Shown here: one piece after another, positions 19,091 through 29,126 of the stretch
Position numbering within the stretch: the first letter of the stretch is position 1
Layout of the letters: the number at the start of each line of letters is the position of its first letter
Position numbers and translations under genes: made by a program
Notes under the pieces: model-generated
Told to the model about the DNA's origin: nothing
Seen by the model: the letters and a program-made list of their open reading frames with translations, nothing else
The model's database searches: none
Assembly: GCF_035467215.1 (NCBI RefSeq)
Contig: NZ_DATITZ010000100.1
Coordinates: forward strand, 1-61,240
Direction: 5' to 3'
From: Thiocapsa sp.
GTDB lineage: Bacteria > Pseudomonadota > Gammaproteobacteria > Chromatiales > Chromatiaceae
Length of the DNA stretch: 61,240 nucleotides

Positions 19091-19975
19091 TCAGTAACCC
19101 ATGCCCTGCGGCGGCCCCTGGTCGTAGCGGGGTGCGCCGTAACCGGGTGCGTCGTAATCGGGCATCATGGGCGGATGCCCCATGCCTGCGCGCCCCGGAT
19201 AGGGCATGCCGCCGGGATAACCGCCCTGCGGGCCGTAACCGTATCCATAGCCATCGCGCTCATACCCGCCATATTGCGGCATACGCGGCATCTCGGGCAT
19301 CGGAGGAGGGCTTCCGAACAGGGCGCGGGCCGCCTCGATCTGCTCCTCGCTCATCGCCTCGACAGTCTTGCGATACGTCTCGAATCGCTCCTCCATCTCT
19401 TTGCGACGCGCCTCGGCCTCGGCCCAGGGCGGTGTCTCGGGCATCTCGACTCCCCGTTCCGCAGCATCGGCCCGCATTTGCTGCCAATGCGCATCGCGCA
19501 TCGCGCGGCGTTCCTCGGGGGTCATGGAGCGCATCTGCTCACGCATCTCTTGGCGTTGTTGGCGCATCGCCTCCATGTCCTCGGGGGACATGCCGCGACG
19601 CTCGGGCATCGGCGGCCGATCGGTCGACTCCCACGGCGGCATCTCGGGGAGCGCAAGGCCGATCTCGGCGGCACGAGCACGGAGCTCTTCGTAACGTTTC
19701 TCCCGTTCCGCCATCATGGCGGCGCGACGCTCCTCGACCTTGGCTCGGACCGCCTCGCCGGGTGCGGGCGCATCGCTCGAGGTATCGGCAGGCGCATCGG
19801 CAGGCGCAGCGGCCGGAGCCGGAGCCGGAGCCGGAGCCGGCGCTGCTTCGTTCGTTGGCTCGGCCGGCGTTTGGCTCGCTTCCGTTGCCTGCGGATCGGC
19901 GAAGGCGCCTTGGCCGATGACGAGCGCCAGCGTTGCCGCCGAGACGAGCGGGATCATGCGAGACGTGTCGGGCAT
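19091..19975 (-). CDS. secreted coiled-coil protein with Gly/Tyr/Pro-rich tail (candidate sulfur-globule-associated)
   Basis: GAGGAG RBS, signal peptide ending AFA, AP linker, E/R/M helical repeats, GYGYGYGPQGGYPGG tail. Confidence 0.7.
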   Translation of the reverse strand: MPDTSRMIPLVSAATLALVIGQGAFADPQATEASQTPAEPTNEAAPAPAPAPAPAAAPADAPADTSSDAPAPGEAVRAKVEERRAAMMAEREKRYEELRARAAEIGLALPEMPPWESTDRPPMPERRGMSPEDMEAMRQQRQEMREQMRSMTPEERRAMRDAHWQQMRADAAERGVEMPETPPWAEAEARRKEMEERFETYRKTVEAMSEEQIEAARALFGSPPPMPEMPRMPQYGGYERDGYGYGYGPQGGYPGGMPYPGRAGMGHPPMMPDYDAPGYGAPRYDQGPPQGMGY

Positions 19976-20365
19976 GGAGGTACTCCTCGAAGTGGTGATC
20001 GTCAGGGACATTCGGCGGATCCGTCGCCTTCGGCTCGGGGTCGCTTGACCGGTCAGGCGTGGTCGAGCCCATCTCCGTAAACCTGCACCGGTTGCCGCCG
20101 TGCCCGTCTGTCATCAACATCGTTTTTGCTTTTGGGGGCCAGGTCGATGCCCCGAGACGAACGCCGACAGCGCCTCGGAGCTTAACCGATCCGTGACCCG
20201 GAGGGACACCCCCCCAACCGGAATGCGATCGGTCCGATCGAGCCGATCGGGGATCGTCGCTGCGCATCCAACGGTCCTGCACCGGGGCACGCCATGCACC
20301 GGCTCCCCGGGTTAGGATTGGGCGGTGCGGGTTGCGGAAGCCCGAAATCGACGCGAGGAGCCTGT

Positions 20366-21853
20366 ATGCAGATCGGCGACTTGATGAACATGAGCGGCGT
20401 AGCGTTCGGAACCAGCGGTGCCCGCGGGCTGGCGCAGGCGATGACCGATCGGGTGTGCTACGCCTACACGGCCGGGTTTCTCGGCTATCTTCGCGCGAGC
20501 GGCCTGCTCGCACCGGACGCCGAGGTCGGACTGGGCGGCGATCTGAGGCCGAGCACAAGCAGGATCCTCGTCGCCTGCGCCCGCGCGGCGCTGGATCTGG
20601 GTTGCCGACCGTGCTATCTCGGGCGTATCCCGAGTCCAGCCGTTGCCGCCTGGGGGCTGGCGCGCGGCGCTCCGAGCCTGATGGTGACCGGCAGCCACAT
20701 CCCGGACGACCGCAACGGCATCAAGTTCAACCTGCCGACGGGCGAGATCCTCAAGCGCGACGAGGAGGGCATCAGCGCGCAACCGCTCCAAGTCGCCGAG
20801 ACGCTCTTCGACGCGGCCGGCGCCTTTGTCGAGGACCAGTCCGCCGCGCTTCCGAGCGAGGATCCTGTCGCCTATCGCGAGTACGTCGATCGCTATCTGG
20901 ACTTCTTCCCGTCGGGCTGCCTGAACGGGCTGCATGTCGGTGTCTACGAGCACTCCAGCGTCGCTCGCGGCGCCTATGTCGAGGTGCTGGAAGGGCTCGG
21001 CGCACGCGTGACGCGACTGGGATTCTCGGAGGTCTTTGTCCCTGTCGATACCGAAGCGATTCGCCCCGAAGACGTCGCGCTCGCGCGCGACTGGGCCGCG
21101 ACGGGGCGTTTCGACGCCCTGGTTTCCGCCGACGGGGACGGCGACCGTCCGCTGGTTGGCGACGAGACCGGGGACTGGCTGCGCGGGGACATCGCCGGGA
21201 TCCTGTGCGCACGTCAACTCGGCGCACGCGGGGTGGTGACACCCGTGAGCAGCAACACGGCGGTGGAGCGTTCGGGTTGGTTCGAGACGGTGCTGCGCAC
21301 CCGGATCGGATCGCCCTTCGTCATCGAAGGGATGCAGGATCTGGTCGACCGAGGCATGGACCGGGTGGTCGGCTACGAGGCGAACGGCGGCTTCCTGCTC
21401 GCGACCGATATCGAGCAGGACGGCCGAATCCTGTCGGCCTTGCCGACACGTGATGCCGTCTTGGTTGCGGTCGCCATCCTGCGTGCCGCCGCGGAGCAGG
21501 GAAAACCCGTGTCGGCCCTCTCCGCCGATCTTCCGCGTCGCTGCACGCGGAGCGATCGTCTGAAGGATTTCCCGACCGAGATCGCTCGGGCGCGTCTTGC
21601 CGAGATCCATCGGGGCGATCCCGCCCGGGACAGAGCCGCGGCACAGGCCGTTTTCGGCGCCGCGTTCGGTCCGGTCGCCGATCTGGATGTCACCGACGGT
21701 CTCAGGATCACCTTCGTCAGCGGCGAGATCGCGCACCTGCGCCCGTCGGGCAATGCGCCGGAGCTGCGCGCCTATACCGAGGCGGACAGTCCGGAGCGTG
21801 CGGAGGAGATGAATCGGATCTGCATGGAGATCCTCGCCAAGTGGCGTGCTTAA
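20366..21853 (+). CDS. phosphomannomutase
   Basis: FGTSGARG, TGSHIP, DGDGDR, GYEANGG, RPSGNAPE. Confidence 0.93.
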   Translation: MQIGDLMNMSGVAFGTSGARGLAQAMTDRVCYAYTAGFLGYLRASGLLAPDAEVGLGGDLRPSTSRILVACARAALDLGCRPCYLGRIPSPAVAAWGLARGAPSLMVTGSHIPDDRNGIKFNLPTGEILKRDEEGISAQPLQVAETLFDAAGAFVEDQSAALPSEDPVAYREYVDRYLDFFPSGCLNGLHVGVYEHSSVARGAYVEVLEGLGARVTRLGFSEVFVPVDTEAIRPEDVALARDWAATGRFDALVSADGDGDRPLVGDETGDWLRGDIAGILCARQLGARGVVTPVSSNTAVERSGWFETVLRTRIGSPFVIEGMQDLVDRGMDRVVGYEANGGFLLATDIEQDGRILSALPTRDAVLVAVAILRAAAEQGKPVSALSADLPRRCTRSDRLKDFPTEIARARLAEIHRGDPARDRAAAQAVFGAAFGPVADLDVTDGLRITFVSGEIAHLRPSGNAPELRAYTEADSPERAEEMNRICMEILAKWRA

Positions 21854-22065
21854 ACCGCGCTCGGCGTGACCTGCATGCTTTGTTTTCCGGTGCAACCTCA
21901 CAACTGCAAACCACCGTCGGCGCCGCGCGGTTTAAGGATTTTTAAGGCTTTTTGGGCTTTTTTCTCCTTAAACCGCGTCAGGGATAAGGCCCTTCGTGGC
22001 CTCGAGGGCGCCATGCTCCGGCCGACATCGATTTAGACCCTCGGACGCGGTTTAAGCGCGGTTTA
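21851..22065. mobile_element. two TAAACCGCG units (21851-21934, 21969-22054) plus an extra end (22057-22065)
   Basis: fills the whole gap between convergent genes and supplies both stop codons. Confidence 0.85.
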
Positions 22066-23805
22066 AGCAGCGTTGAGCTCGTCGATCAGCGCCCCCGGGT
22101 CTGTGTCGTCGAGACGGGCGTAGAGCGCGGCGGTACGGCGTTTCAGGTCGAGCGTATCGGCCTCCAGGACGACCTCTTTGACATCCAGGATGGCGCCCGG
22201 CTGCATGCTGAATTCGCGTAGCCCCATTCCGAGCAGCAGACGGGTGAAGCGTGGATCGCCCGCCATCTCGCCGCACATGCTGACCGGTCGGTTCAGCTCG
22301 CACGCGGCCTGAATGGTCATGCGGACCAGGCGCAGGATGGCGGGGTGGGTCGCGTCGAAAAGATAGTTGACGCTGTCGTCGAGCCGGTCGATCGCAAGCG
22401 TGTATTGGATGAGGTCGTTCGTGCCGATCGAGAGAAAATCCAGCCGGCGCGCGAGCGCGCGTGCGCAGAGGGCCGCCGCGGGAACCTCGATCATGGCGCC
22501 GATCGGAAGGTTCGGGTCGTAATCCAGCCCGTCGCGGTCGAGCTGAGTCTTGATCTGCCGGATCAGCGCGAGAACCGTCTCGACCTCGTGGACGTTGGAG
22601 ACGAGCGGCAGCATCAGACGGATCGGGCCGATCGCGGAGGCACGCAGGATCGCACGCAGCTGCGGTCGGAAGAGGTCGGGGTCCTTCAGGCAGAGTCGGA
22701 TCGCGCGCAGTCCGAGCGCCGGATTCGAGACCCCGGGGCCCGGCTCGAGCAGGGTATCGACGCGCTTGTCGACCCCCAGGTCCAAGGTGCGGATGGTCAC
22801 GGGGATTCCGCCGAGCCCGGCGACGATCTCGGCGTAGCTCGCCAGATGCTCCTCCTCGTCGGGGAGATCCCGGCGATTCATGTAGAGGAACTCGGTGCGA
22901 TAGAGGCCGACCCCGCTGGCCCCGTTGGCCTTCGCAAGCGCCACGTCTTCGGAGAGCTCGAGATTCGCGAGGAGACCGATCTCGACCCCGTCGCGTGTGA
23001 CGGAGGCTCGGCCGACGAGGCCGCGCAGCCGCAACTGACGGGCCTCTGCCGCACGCAGGCGGTCCCGGAAAAACGCCAGGGTCAGCGGGTCGGCATCGGC
23101 CAGCACGGTGCCGGTCTCGCCGTCGACCAGGATGAGCTCGCCTTGGCGCAGATAGCGGGTGATGTTGTGGATGCCCATCACGGCGGGCACCCCGAGGCTG
23201 CGCGCCAGGATGGCCGTGTGGGACATGGGGCCGCCGAACTCGGTCACGAACGCGACCGCACCGCGATGGCGCAGCAGAATCGCGTCCGCAGGCGCGAGGT
23301 CGCGCGCCACCACGACCCGGCCCTCCAGATCCCGAGTCGAGGGCTCGATTTGCTCGACCGCGCCCTGCAGGAAGGTCTGAATCTGCTGCACGACATGCTC
23401 GACGTCGTCGCGGCGGGTGCGCAGATAGGGGTCGTCCATCTCGTCGAAGACCCGCACCAGGGTGTCGCGTTGCCGTTGCAGCGCCCACTCGGCATTGCAG
23501 AGCTGCTCGGCAACGATGCGGCGCACCTCCTCGACCAAGGCGGCGTCCTCGAGCATCAGAAGGTGCGTGTCGATGAACTCGGCGATGTTGAGCGGCGTGT
23601 GATGCGGGATCTGGTTGCGCACCGCCTTCAGGGCCTGGCGGGCCGCCATGACGGCCAAGTCGAGTCGCTCGATCTCGGCGGCGACCTGGTCGGCTGCGAT
23701 GGCGGATTTCGAGACGGTATGGCCGCCGCGCCCGTCCACGAAGGCGGGCCCGAGTGCGAGCGACCGACTCGTGGAGATGCCGATACCCTGGAAGGCGGTG
23801 GTCAT
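22063..23805 (-). CDS. ptsI: PEP-protein phosphotransferase (PTS enzyme I)
   Basis: GGPMSHTAILAR, GVGLYRTEFL, SIGTNDLIQY, CGEMAGD; no GAF domain. Confidence 0.93.
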   Translation of the reverse strand: MTTAFQGIGISTSRSLALGPAFVDGRGGHTVSKSAIAADQVAAEIERLDLAVMAARQALKAVRNQIPHHTPLNIAEFIDTHLLMLEDAALVEEVRRIVAEQLCNAEWALQRQRDTLVRVFDEMDDPYLRTRRDDVEHVVQQIQTFLQGAVEQIEPSTRDLEGRVVVARDLAPADAILLRHRGAVAFVTEFGGPMSHTAILARSLGVPAVMGIHNITRYLRQGELILVDGETGTVLADADPLTLAFFRDRLRAAEARQLRLRGLVGRASVTRDGVEIGLLANLELSEDVALAKANGASGVGLYRTEFLYMNRRDLPDEEEHLASYAEIVAGLGGIPVTIRTLDLGVDKRVDTLLEPGPGVSNPALGLRAIRLCLKDPDLFRPQLRAILRASAIGPIRLMLPLVSNVHEVETVLALIRQIKTQLDRDGLDYDPNLPIGAMIEVPAAALCARALARRLDFLSIGTNDLIQYTLAIDRLDDSVNYLFDATHPAILRLVRMTIQAACELNRPVSMCGEMAGDPRFTRLLLGMGLREFSMQPGAILDVKEVVLEADTLDLKRRTAALYARLDDTDPGALIDELNAA

Positions 23806-24071
23806 TCCGACTCTCCGAAGCGATCCCCGATCAAGGCCTCGATCGCCGCCATGGCGGCATCCTCGTCCTCGCCGGATGCCTCGACGGTGATCCGGGTGCC
23901 CTGGCTCGCGGCCAGCATCATGACGCCCATGATGCTCTTGCCGTTGACGCTTTGACCGCGCCGCTCGATCTCCACATGGCTCGCGAAACGTCCGGCGCAT
24001 TGCACGAGCTTGGCGGCCGCACGGGCATGCAGACCCAGCTTGTTGAGGATCTCGATCTCTTTGCGAATCAT
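23802..24071 (-). CDS. HPr/NPr phosphocarrier
   Basis: NKLGLHARAAAKLV, NGKSIMG. Confidence 0.95.
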   Translation of the reverse strand: MIRKEIEILNKLGLHARAAAKLVQCAGRFASHVEIERRGQSVNGKSIMGVMMLAASQGTRITVEASGEDEDAAMAAIEALIGDRFGESE

Positions 24072-24475
24072 GTACGGTCGTCTCGTCGCGAGCAGAGCAA
24101 GACGCCGTCGCGCCCGCCCTGCAGCGCCTTCTCGGTCACGGCATCCAGGTCGAGCGAGGCATAGGTCAGGGCACGCAGCAACATGGGGAGATTCAGTCCT
24201 GCGATGACCCTCGACCGCTCGTGGATCGCGAGCAGCGAGACCGCGACATTGGCCGGTGTGGAGCCGTAGAGATCGGTCAGGATCAGGACACCCTCGCCCG
24301 TATCCAAGCGCTCCAAGTGTTCGGCGGCTTCCGCCGTCACGACCTCGCAGGGGACATCGTTGACGACCTCCATTGCCTCGACCCCGGTCGGGCGTGCGCC
24401 GAGAATCGCAGTCGCGACCCGCAGCAGATCCGCGCCGCACGGCTGATGGGTCATCATCAGGATGCCGACGCTCAA
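24068..24475 (-). CDS. PTS mannose/fructose-type EIIA
   Basis: GILMMTH, VLILTDLYGSTPAN, GLNLPML; TTG start. Confidence 0.9.
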   Translation of the reverse strand: MSVGILMMTHQPCGADLLRVATAILGARPTGVEAMEVVNDVPCEVVTAEAAEHLERLDTGEGVLILTDLYGSTPANVAVSLLAIHERSRVIAGLNLPMLLRALTYASLDLDAVTEKALQGGRDGVLLCSRRDDRT

Positions 24476-25401
24476 GGCAGATCCCGATGACGGACCATCA
24501 CCTGATGGCCGTCGGCCTCGAAATGACGCCGCAGTGATTCGGTCATATAGACCGAGCGGTGCTGGCCGCCCGTGCAGCCGATCGCAATGGTGAGATAGCT
24601 GCGCCCGTCCGTCTCGAAGCTGGGGATCCAGCGATCGAAAAACCCCTCGATATCGGCGCGCATCCGGCCGAAGGCTTCGGCGGAATCGAGAAATTCCATC
24701 ACGGGTGGGTCGCGTCCGGTCAAGCGTCGCAGCTCGGGTTGCCAATGCGGATTGGGCAGGCTGCGCAGGTCGAAGACGAAGTCCACGTCGTGCGGGACCC
24801 CGTGCTTGAAGCCGAAGGACTGCAACAGGATGGATGCCTTCGGCGAGGCGCCGCCGACCAGACGACTGCGTACCAGATCGCGCAGCTCGTGGACATTCGT
24901 CTGGGTGGTGTCGATATGGATGTCGGCGCAGCATCGGATCGGCTCGAGGAGTCGGCGCTCGAGCGCGATCGCCTCGGGCAGCGAGCGGTCGCCGCGGGTC
25001 AGGGGATGCTTGCGACGGGTTTCGCTGAAGCGTTTGATCAGGGTTTCTGTCTGGGCATCGAGGAAGAGGACATCGCAGCCGATGCCGCGCTCGCGCGCCG
25101 AGCGCACCAGCTCGGGAAGGTGTCTGAGCTCGTCCGCGCCGGTGCTCGGACTGGTGCGTGCGTCGATTCCGACCGCGGTCATGGTGAAGGCGTCGTCGAG
25201 CCCTTCGTGCAGCCCGAGGGCGAGATCCTGCAGCAGGAAGAGCGGCAGGTTGTCGATGCAGTAGAAACCCACGTCTTCGAGTGTATGGAGTGCGACGCTC
25301 TTGCCCGAGCCGGAGAGGCCGCTGAGGATGACGAGCCTCATCGGTTTGCCGACGTTCGGCGGCCGTTCGCGCGCCTGCTCCTCTGCGGGTGGTTGCGTCA
25401 T
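24472..25401 (-). CDS. rapZ: RNase adapter RapZ
   Basis: GLSGSGKS, RFSETRRKHPL, GCTGGQHRSV. Confidence 0.95.
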   Translation of the reverse strand: MTQPPAEEQARERPPNVGKPMRLVILSGLSGSGKSVALHTLEDVGFYCIDNLPLFLLQDLALGLHEGLDDAFTMTAVGIDARTSPSTGADELRHLPELVRSARERGIGCDVLFLDAQTETLIKRFSETRRKHPLTRGDRSLPEAIALERRLLEPIRCCADIHIDTTQTNVHELRDLVRSRLVGGASPKASILLQSFGFKHGVPHDVDFVFDLRSLPNPHWQPELRRLTGRDPPVMEFLDSAEAFGRMRADIEGFFDRWIPSFETDGRSYLTIAIGCTGGQHRSVYMTESLRRHFEADGHQVMVRHRDLP

Positions 25402-26360
25402 GACGGTGATCTCGGCGGGTCGGGGCGATCGATGCTGATGGCACGTGCCTGGCGGTCGACGAAGTCGACGCCGGCATCGTATCCGCGGATGCGCAGGATC
25501 TGGTGTCGTACGGCCGCCTCTACCAGGATCGCCAGGTTACGGCCGGGTGCGACCGGCATCGTGATCTTGGGGACGGCGACCCCGAGGATGTTGCGCACCG
25601 AGAGGCTGCCGCTGAGCCGGTCGATACACTCGAGTTGTTGTTTGTCGAGCGGCTGAAGATCGATGATCAGGTTCAAGGTCTTGCTGCGCACGACCGCGCC
25701 TTCTCCGAACATGGCGCGGATGTTGAGGATCCCCAGGCCGCGGACCTCGAGAAAATCGCGCAGGGCCTCCGGGCAGGTGCCCTCCAAGGTCTCCGGTGCA
25801 ATGCGTGCGAAACGGGGCGCGTCGTCGGCGATGAGCCGATGGCCGCGCGCGATCAGATCGAGCGCCAACTCGCTCTTGCCGACGGCCGGATCGCCGACCA
25901 GCAGGACGCCCATCCCCAGGACCTCGATGAAGACCCCGTGCACCGTCCGGCGCTCGGCGAGTGCATGGGTGAGGAAATAACGCAGATGATTGATCAGCTC
26001 CTCGTCGCCGAGGGAGGAGCCGAGCAGCGGCGTGCGGGTCTGCTCGGCGGCCTCGCGGAAGGCGGGCTCCGGGTCGATGCCGTCGGAGAAGATGACGGCG
26101 GTCGGATGATCCGAGAAGAGCTTCTCCACGGTCTCGCCGAAGGCCGTCCGGCCCAGATCCGCCAGGTAGAGCAGCTCGGCGTGTCCGATGACCTGCAGAC
26201 GATTGGGGTGGATGCAGTTCAGAGAGCCGATCAGTGACTGCCGCGAGCGTCCCGGATCCTCGCCGCGCAACGGGCGCGGGGTCGCCGGCTCGGGCGTGAG
26301 CCAGCGCAGCTTGAGCCGCGGCCCGGTCTGCGAGATCAGAGATTGAAGGGTTTCGATCAT
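25398..26360 (-). CDS. hprK: HPr kinase/phosphorylase
   Basis: HGVF, GDPAVGKSE, LIADD, EVRGLGI, PGRNLA. Confidence 0.95.
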   Translation of the reverse strand: MIETLQSLISQTGPRLKLRWLTPEPATPRPLRGEDPGRSRQSLIGSLNCIHPNRLQVIGHAELLYLADLGRTAFGETVEKLFSDHPTAVIFSDGIDPEPAFREAAEQTRTPLLGSSLGDEELINHLRYFLTHALAERRTVHGVFIEVLGMGVLLVGDPAVGKSELALDLIARGHRLIADDAPRFARIAPETLEGTCPEALRDFLEVRGLGILNIRAMFGEGAVVRSKTLNLIIDLQPLDKQQLECIDRLSGSLSVRNILGVAVPKITMPVAPGRNLAILVEAAVRHQILRIRGYDAGVDFVDRQARAISIDRPDPPRSPS

Positions 26361-26384
26361 CGCCGGCGCGGCCGCGCTCGCGTG

Positions 26385-26834
26385 CTAGGTCGCTTTCAGA
26401 AGGTCCAGAATGGCCGCGGGCGAGGCCGCATCGCGCAGGCGTGCGCGGGTTGCCGACTCGCTGAACCGACTTGCCAGATGGGCGAGCAGTTGGAGGTGCT
26501 CCTCGGTCGCGGTCTCCGGAACCAGGAGCGCAAAGGCCAGATCGACCGGCTCGCCGTCGGCTGCATCGTAATCCACACCCCGCGCGGTTTGCACGAAAGC
26601 CCCGATGACCTGAGAGACTTCCTTGATCCGCGCATGGGGCAGGGCCACACCGTGACCGAGCCCGGTGCTGCCGAGGCGTTCGCGCTCGAGGAGGCGCTCG
26701 AAGACGCTCTCCGTGCTCAAGCGTGGGTGGTCGTTGGCGAGCAGCTCGGCAAGGGTTTCGAGTAAACGCTTCTTGCTGGAAATCTCGAGCCCCTGACCGA
26801 TCCGGGCCTCGTTGATCAGATCGGGGCTGAGCAT
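26385..26834 (-). CDS. ptsN: PTS EIIA(Ntr)
   Basis: SKKRLLE, RERLGSTGLGHGVALPHAR. Confidence 0.93.
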   Translation of the reverse strand: MLSPDLINEARIGQGLEISSKKRLLETLAELLANDHPRLSTESVFERLLERERLGSTGLGHGVALPHARIKEVSQVIGAFVQTARGVDYDAADGEPVDLAFALLVPETATEEHLQLLAHLASRFSESATRARLRDAASPAAILDLLKAT

Positions 26835-27078
26835 CGGTATCGGCTCCCGTGCGCTGCGGGCGTGCAGCGCTGCAGCTGGTGGCTCTTGGATCGATGCCCG
26901 CGCGGCGACGGCGGGCGAGGGTATGTGGTCATGGATGCTGGATATCCTCGGATGTCTGGCCGGGGCCGGTGATTCCGCCTACCGGCCTCGTGCCCGATCC
27001 CGTTCGTTGAATGCCTCCGACGGGGCAAGAGCGATCCGTCGGAGGTTTTCGCGGCATGTGCGCGCCGCGCCGAGTGCC

Positions 27079-27414
27079 TCAGCTCTGATCGGACTCCTCG
27101 GCCTCGTTCACCTTCGGGCTTGCGGCGCGATGATCGCTCTTTTTCTCCTTGTGGCGCAGCACTTGGCGATCGAGCTTGTCGATCAGTCCGTCGATCGCGG
27201 CATACATGTCCTCGTGGACCGAGTCGGCAAAGACCTTGCTGCCGTTGATATGCAGTGTGGCTTCCGCCTTTTGGGCAAGCTTCTCGACGCTCAGAATGAC
27301 GTGAGCGTTGATGACGTGGTCGAAGTGCCGCGCAAGGCGCTCGAACTTCGTGTCGACGTAGCCTTTCAGCGCATCGGTGACGTCGATGTGATGACCCGTC
27401 AGGTTGATCTGCAT
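27079..27414 (-). CDS. hpf: ribosome hibernation promoting factor
   Basis: MQINLTGHHIDVT, DMYAAIDGLIDKLDRQ. Confidence 0.95.
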   Translation of the reverse strand: MQINLTGHHIDVTDALKGYVDTKFERLARHFDHVINAHVILSVEKLAQKAEATLHINGSKVFADSVHEDMYAAIDGLIDKLDRQVLRHKEKKSDHRAASPKVNEAEESDQS

Positions 27415-27444
27415 CTTGTGACTCCTTATGGTTCAAACGGCCTG

Positions 27445-28929
27445 TCAGTCCAGGCGCTTGCGCTCGTTCGAGGGTGGAACCCCCATGGCCTCGCGGTACT
27501 TGGCGACGGTTCGCCGCGCGACATTGATCCCCTGATCGGCGAGCTCCTGTGCGATCTTGCTGTCGCTCATGGGCTTTCTCGCGGACTCGCCGGCGATCAG
27601 CTTGCGGATCAGGGCACGAATTGCGGTCGACGAGCATTCGCCGCCGGAAGCGGTGTTGACGTGCGAGGAAAAGAAATACTTGAACTCGAAGGTCCCCCGC
27701 GGCGTGTGCATGTATTTCTGCGTGGTCACTCGAGATACGGTCGACTCGTGAAGCTCCAATGCCTCGGCGACATCGCGCAGCACCATCGGCTTCATCGCCT
27801 CGTCCCCGTGCTCGAAGAATTCCTGCTGCATCTCGACGATCTTCGCGCCGACGCGCAGCACCGTGTCGTTGCGGCTGGCCAGGCTCTTGATGAACCAGCG
27901 TGCCTCCTGCAAATGGCTCTTCAAGGTGACGCCGTCCGCGCTTTGATCGGCGCGTCGGATCAGGCGCGCGTAGTCGGCGTTTACTCTGAGTTTAGGTGTC
28001 GACTCGGGATTTAGCTCGACCGACCATCGGCCCTCGCGTTTGCGCACGAAGATATCCGGGACGACATACTGGGCCGGCGTGCCGGCGATCAGGCTGCCGG
28101 GGCGGGGATTGAGTCGACGGATCAATGCCAGCGCACCTGCGACGGTCTCCTCGGGCTCCTTCAGCTGTCGCACCAGCGAGGCGATGTCGCGTTTGGCCAG
28201 ATACTCGAACCCGTCGCGGCAGACCGCCGTCGCGGCGTTTCGCCAAGGCGTTTGGGGGGGGAGCTGGCTCAACTGGATCAGTAGGCATTCCGGGAGGTTG
28301 CGGGCACCCACACCCGGCGGGTCGAAGGATTGAATGCGGTGAACGACCGCCTCGACCTCCTCTGCACCGATCTCGGGATGGTCGATGGTCAGGAGCAGCT
28401 CATCGACATCGATGCGCAGATAGCCGTCGGCGTCGATCGAGTCGATGACCGCTTGGGCGATCATGTTGTCGCGCTCGCTCAGTCGGCAAAGGTTGAGCTG
28501 CCAGGCAAGGTGGTCGAGCAGGGTTTGAGGCCGGCTCTGTTGGGCGAAGGGATCGTAATCCGAGCCGTCGTCCGAGCCGTGCGAGGTGCTCGGCAGGTAG
28601 GAGTCGAAGACGTCGGTCCAGAGGGTGTCGACCGGCAGCTCCTCTGGCATCTCGTTGGATTCGGCGTGGATCTCGCGGTCGACGGCTTGCTCGACCGCGA
28701 CCCGGGGCGTTTCGATGTCTTCGCTCTGGATCGTGCCCGACTGCTGCACCTCGCCTGCGTTGAAGCGGTCCGCTTCGTCGCCTTCCTCCAGCATCAGGTT
28801 GGTGTCCAGTGCCTCCTGAATCTCCTTCTGGAGCTCGACTGTCGAGAGCTGCAACAGACGGATCGCCTGCTGCAACTGAGGCGTCATGGTCAGGTGTTGG
28901 CCGAGCCGAAGCTGGATGGATTGCTTCAT
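27445..28929 (-). CDS. rpoN: RNA polymerase sigma-54
   Basis: MTPQLQQAIRLLQL, HESTVSR, RpoN box ARRTVAKYRE. Confidence 0.98.
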   Translation of the reverse strand: MKQSIQLRLGQHLTMTPQLQQAIRLLQLSTVELQKEIQEALDTNLMLEEGDEADRFNAGEVQQSGTIQSEDIETPRVAVEQAVDREIHAESNEMPEELPVDTLWTDVFDSYLPSTSHGSDDGSDYDPFAQQSRPQTLLDHLAWQLNLCRLSERDNMIAQAVIDSIDADGYLRIDVDELLLTIDHPEIGAEEVEAVVHRIQSFDPPGVGARNLPECLLIQLSQLPPQTPWRNAATAVCRDGFEYLAKRDIASLVRQLKEPEETVAGALALIRRLNPRPGSLIAGTPAQYVVPDIFVRKREGRWSVELNPESTPKLRVNADYARLIRRADQSADGVTLKSHLQEARWFIKSLASRNDTVLRVGAKIVEMQQEFFEHGDEAMKPMVLRDVAEALELHESTVSRVTTQKYMHTPRGTFEFKYFFSSHVNTASGGECSSTAIRALIRKLIAGESARKPMSDSKIAQELADQGINVARRTVAKYREAMGVPPSNERKRLD

Positions 28930-29126
28930 GAATCGCGGATGCGCTTTTCGAGGTGTTCGCTCAGGTGGCCGCCATGGCAGGTGGCCGCCACGGCCAATGC
29001 TGCTCGATCCTAGCCGTTTCAGTCCGGTGAAGGCGTCATCAGCCGAGTCAGGACCTCATCTTACACCCAACATCCCGGAAAGAGCAGCCAACCGATGCGC
29101 GCCGCCATGTGCGGGCTGGTTCGGAC

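Noticed and set aside
19811..19842. (GCCGGA)n tandem repeat as a non-coding element
   Set aside because: It encodes the Ala-Pro linker of the secreted protein.
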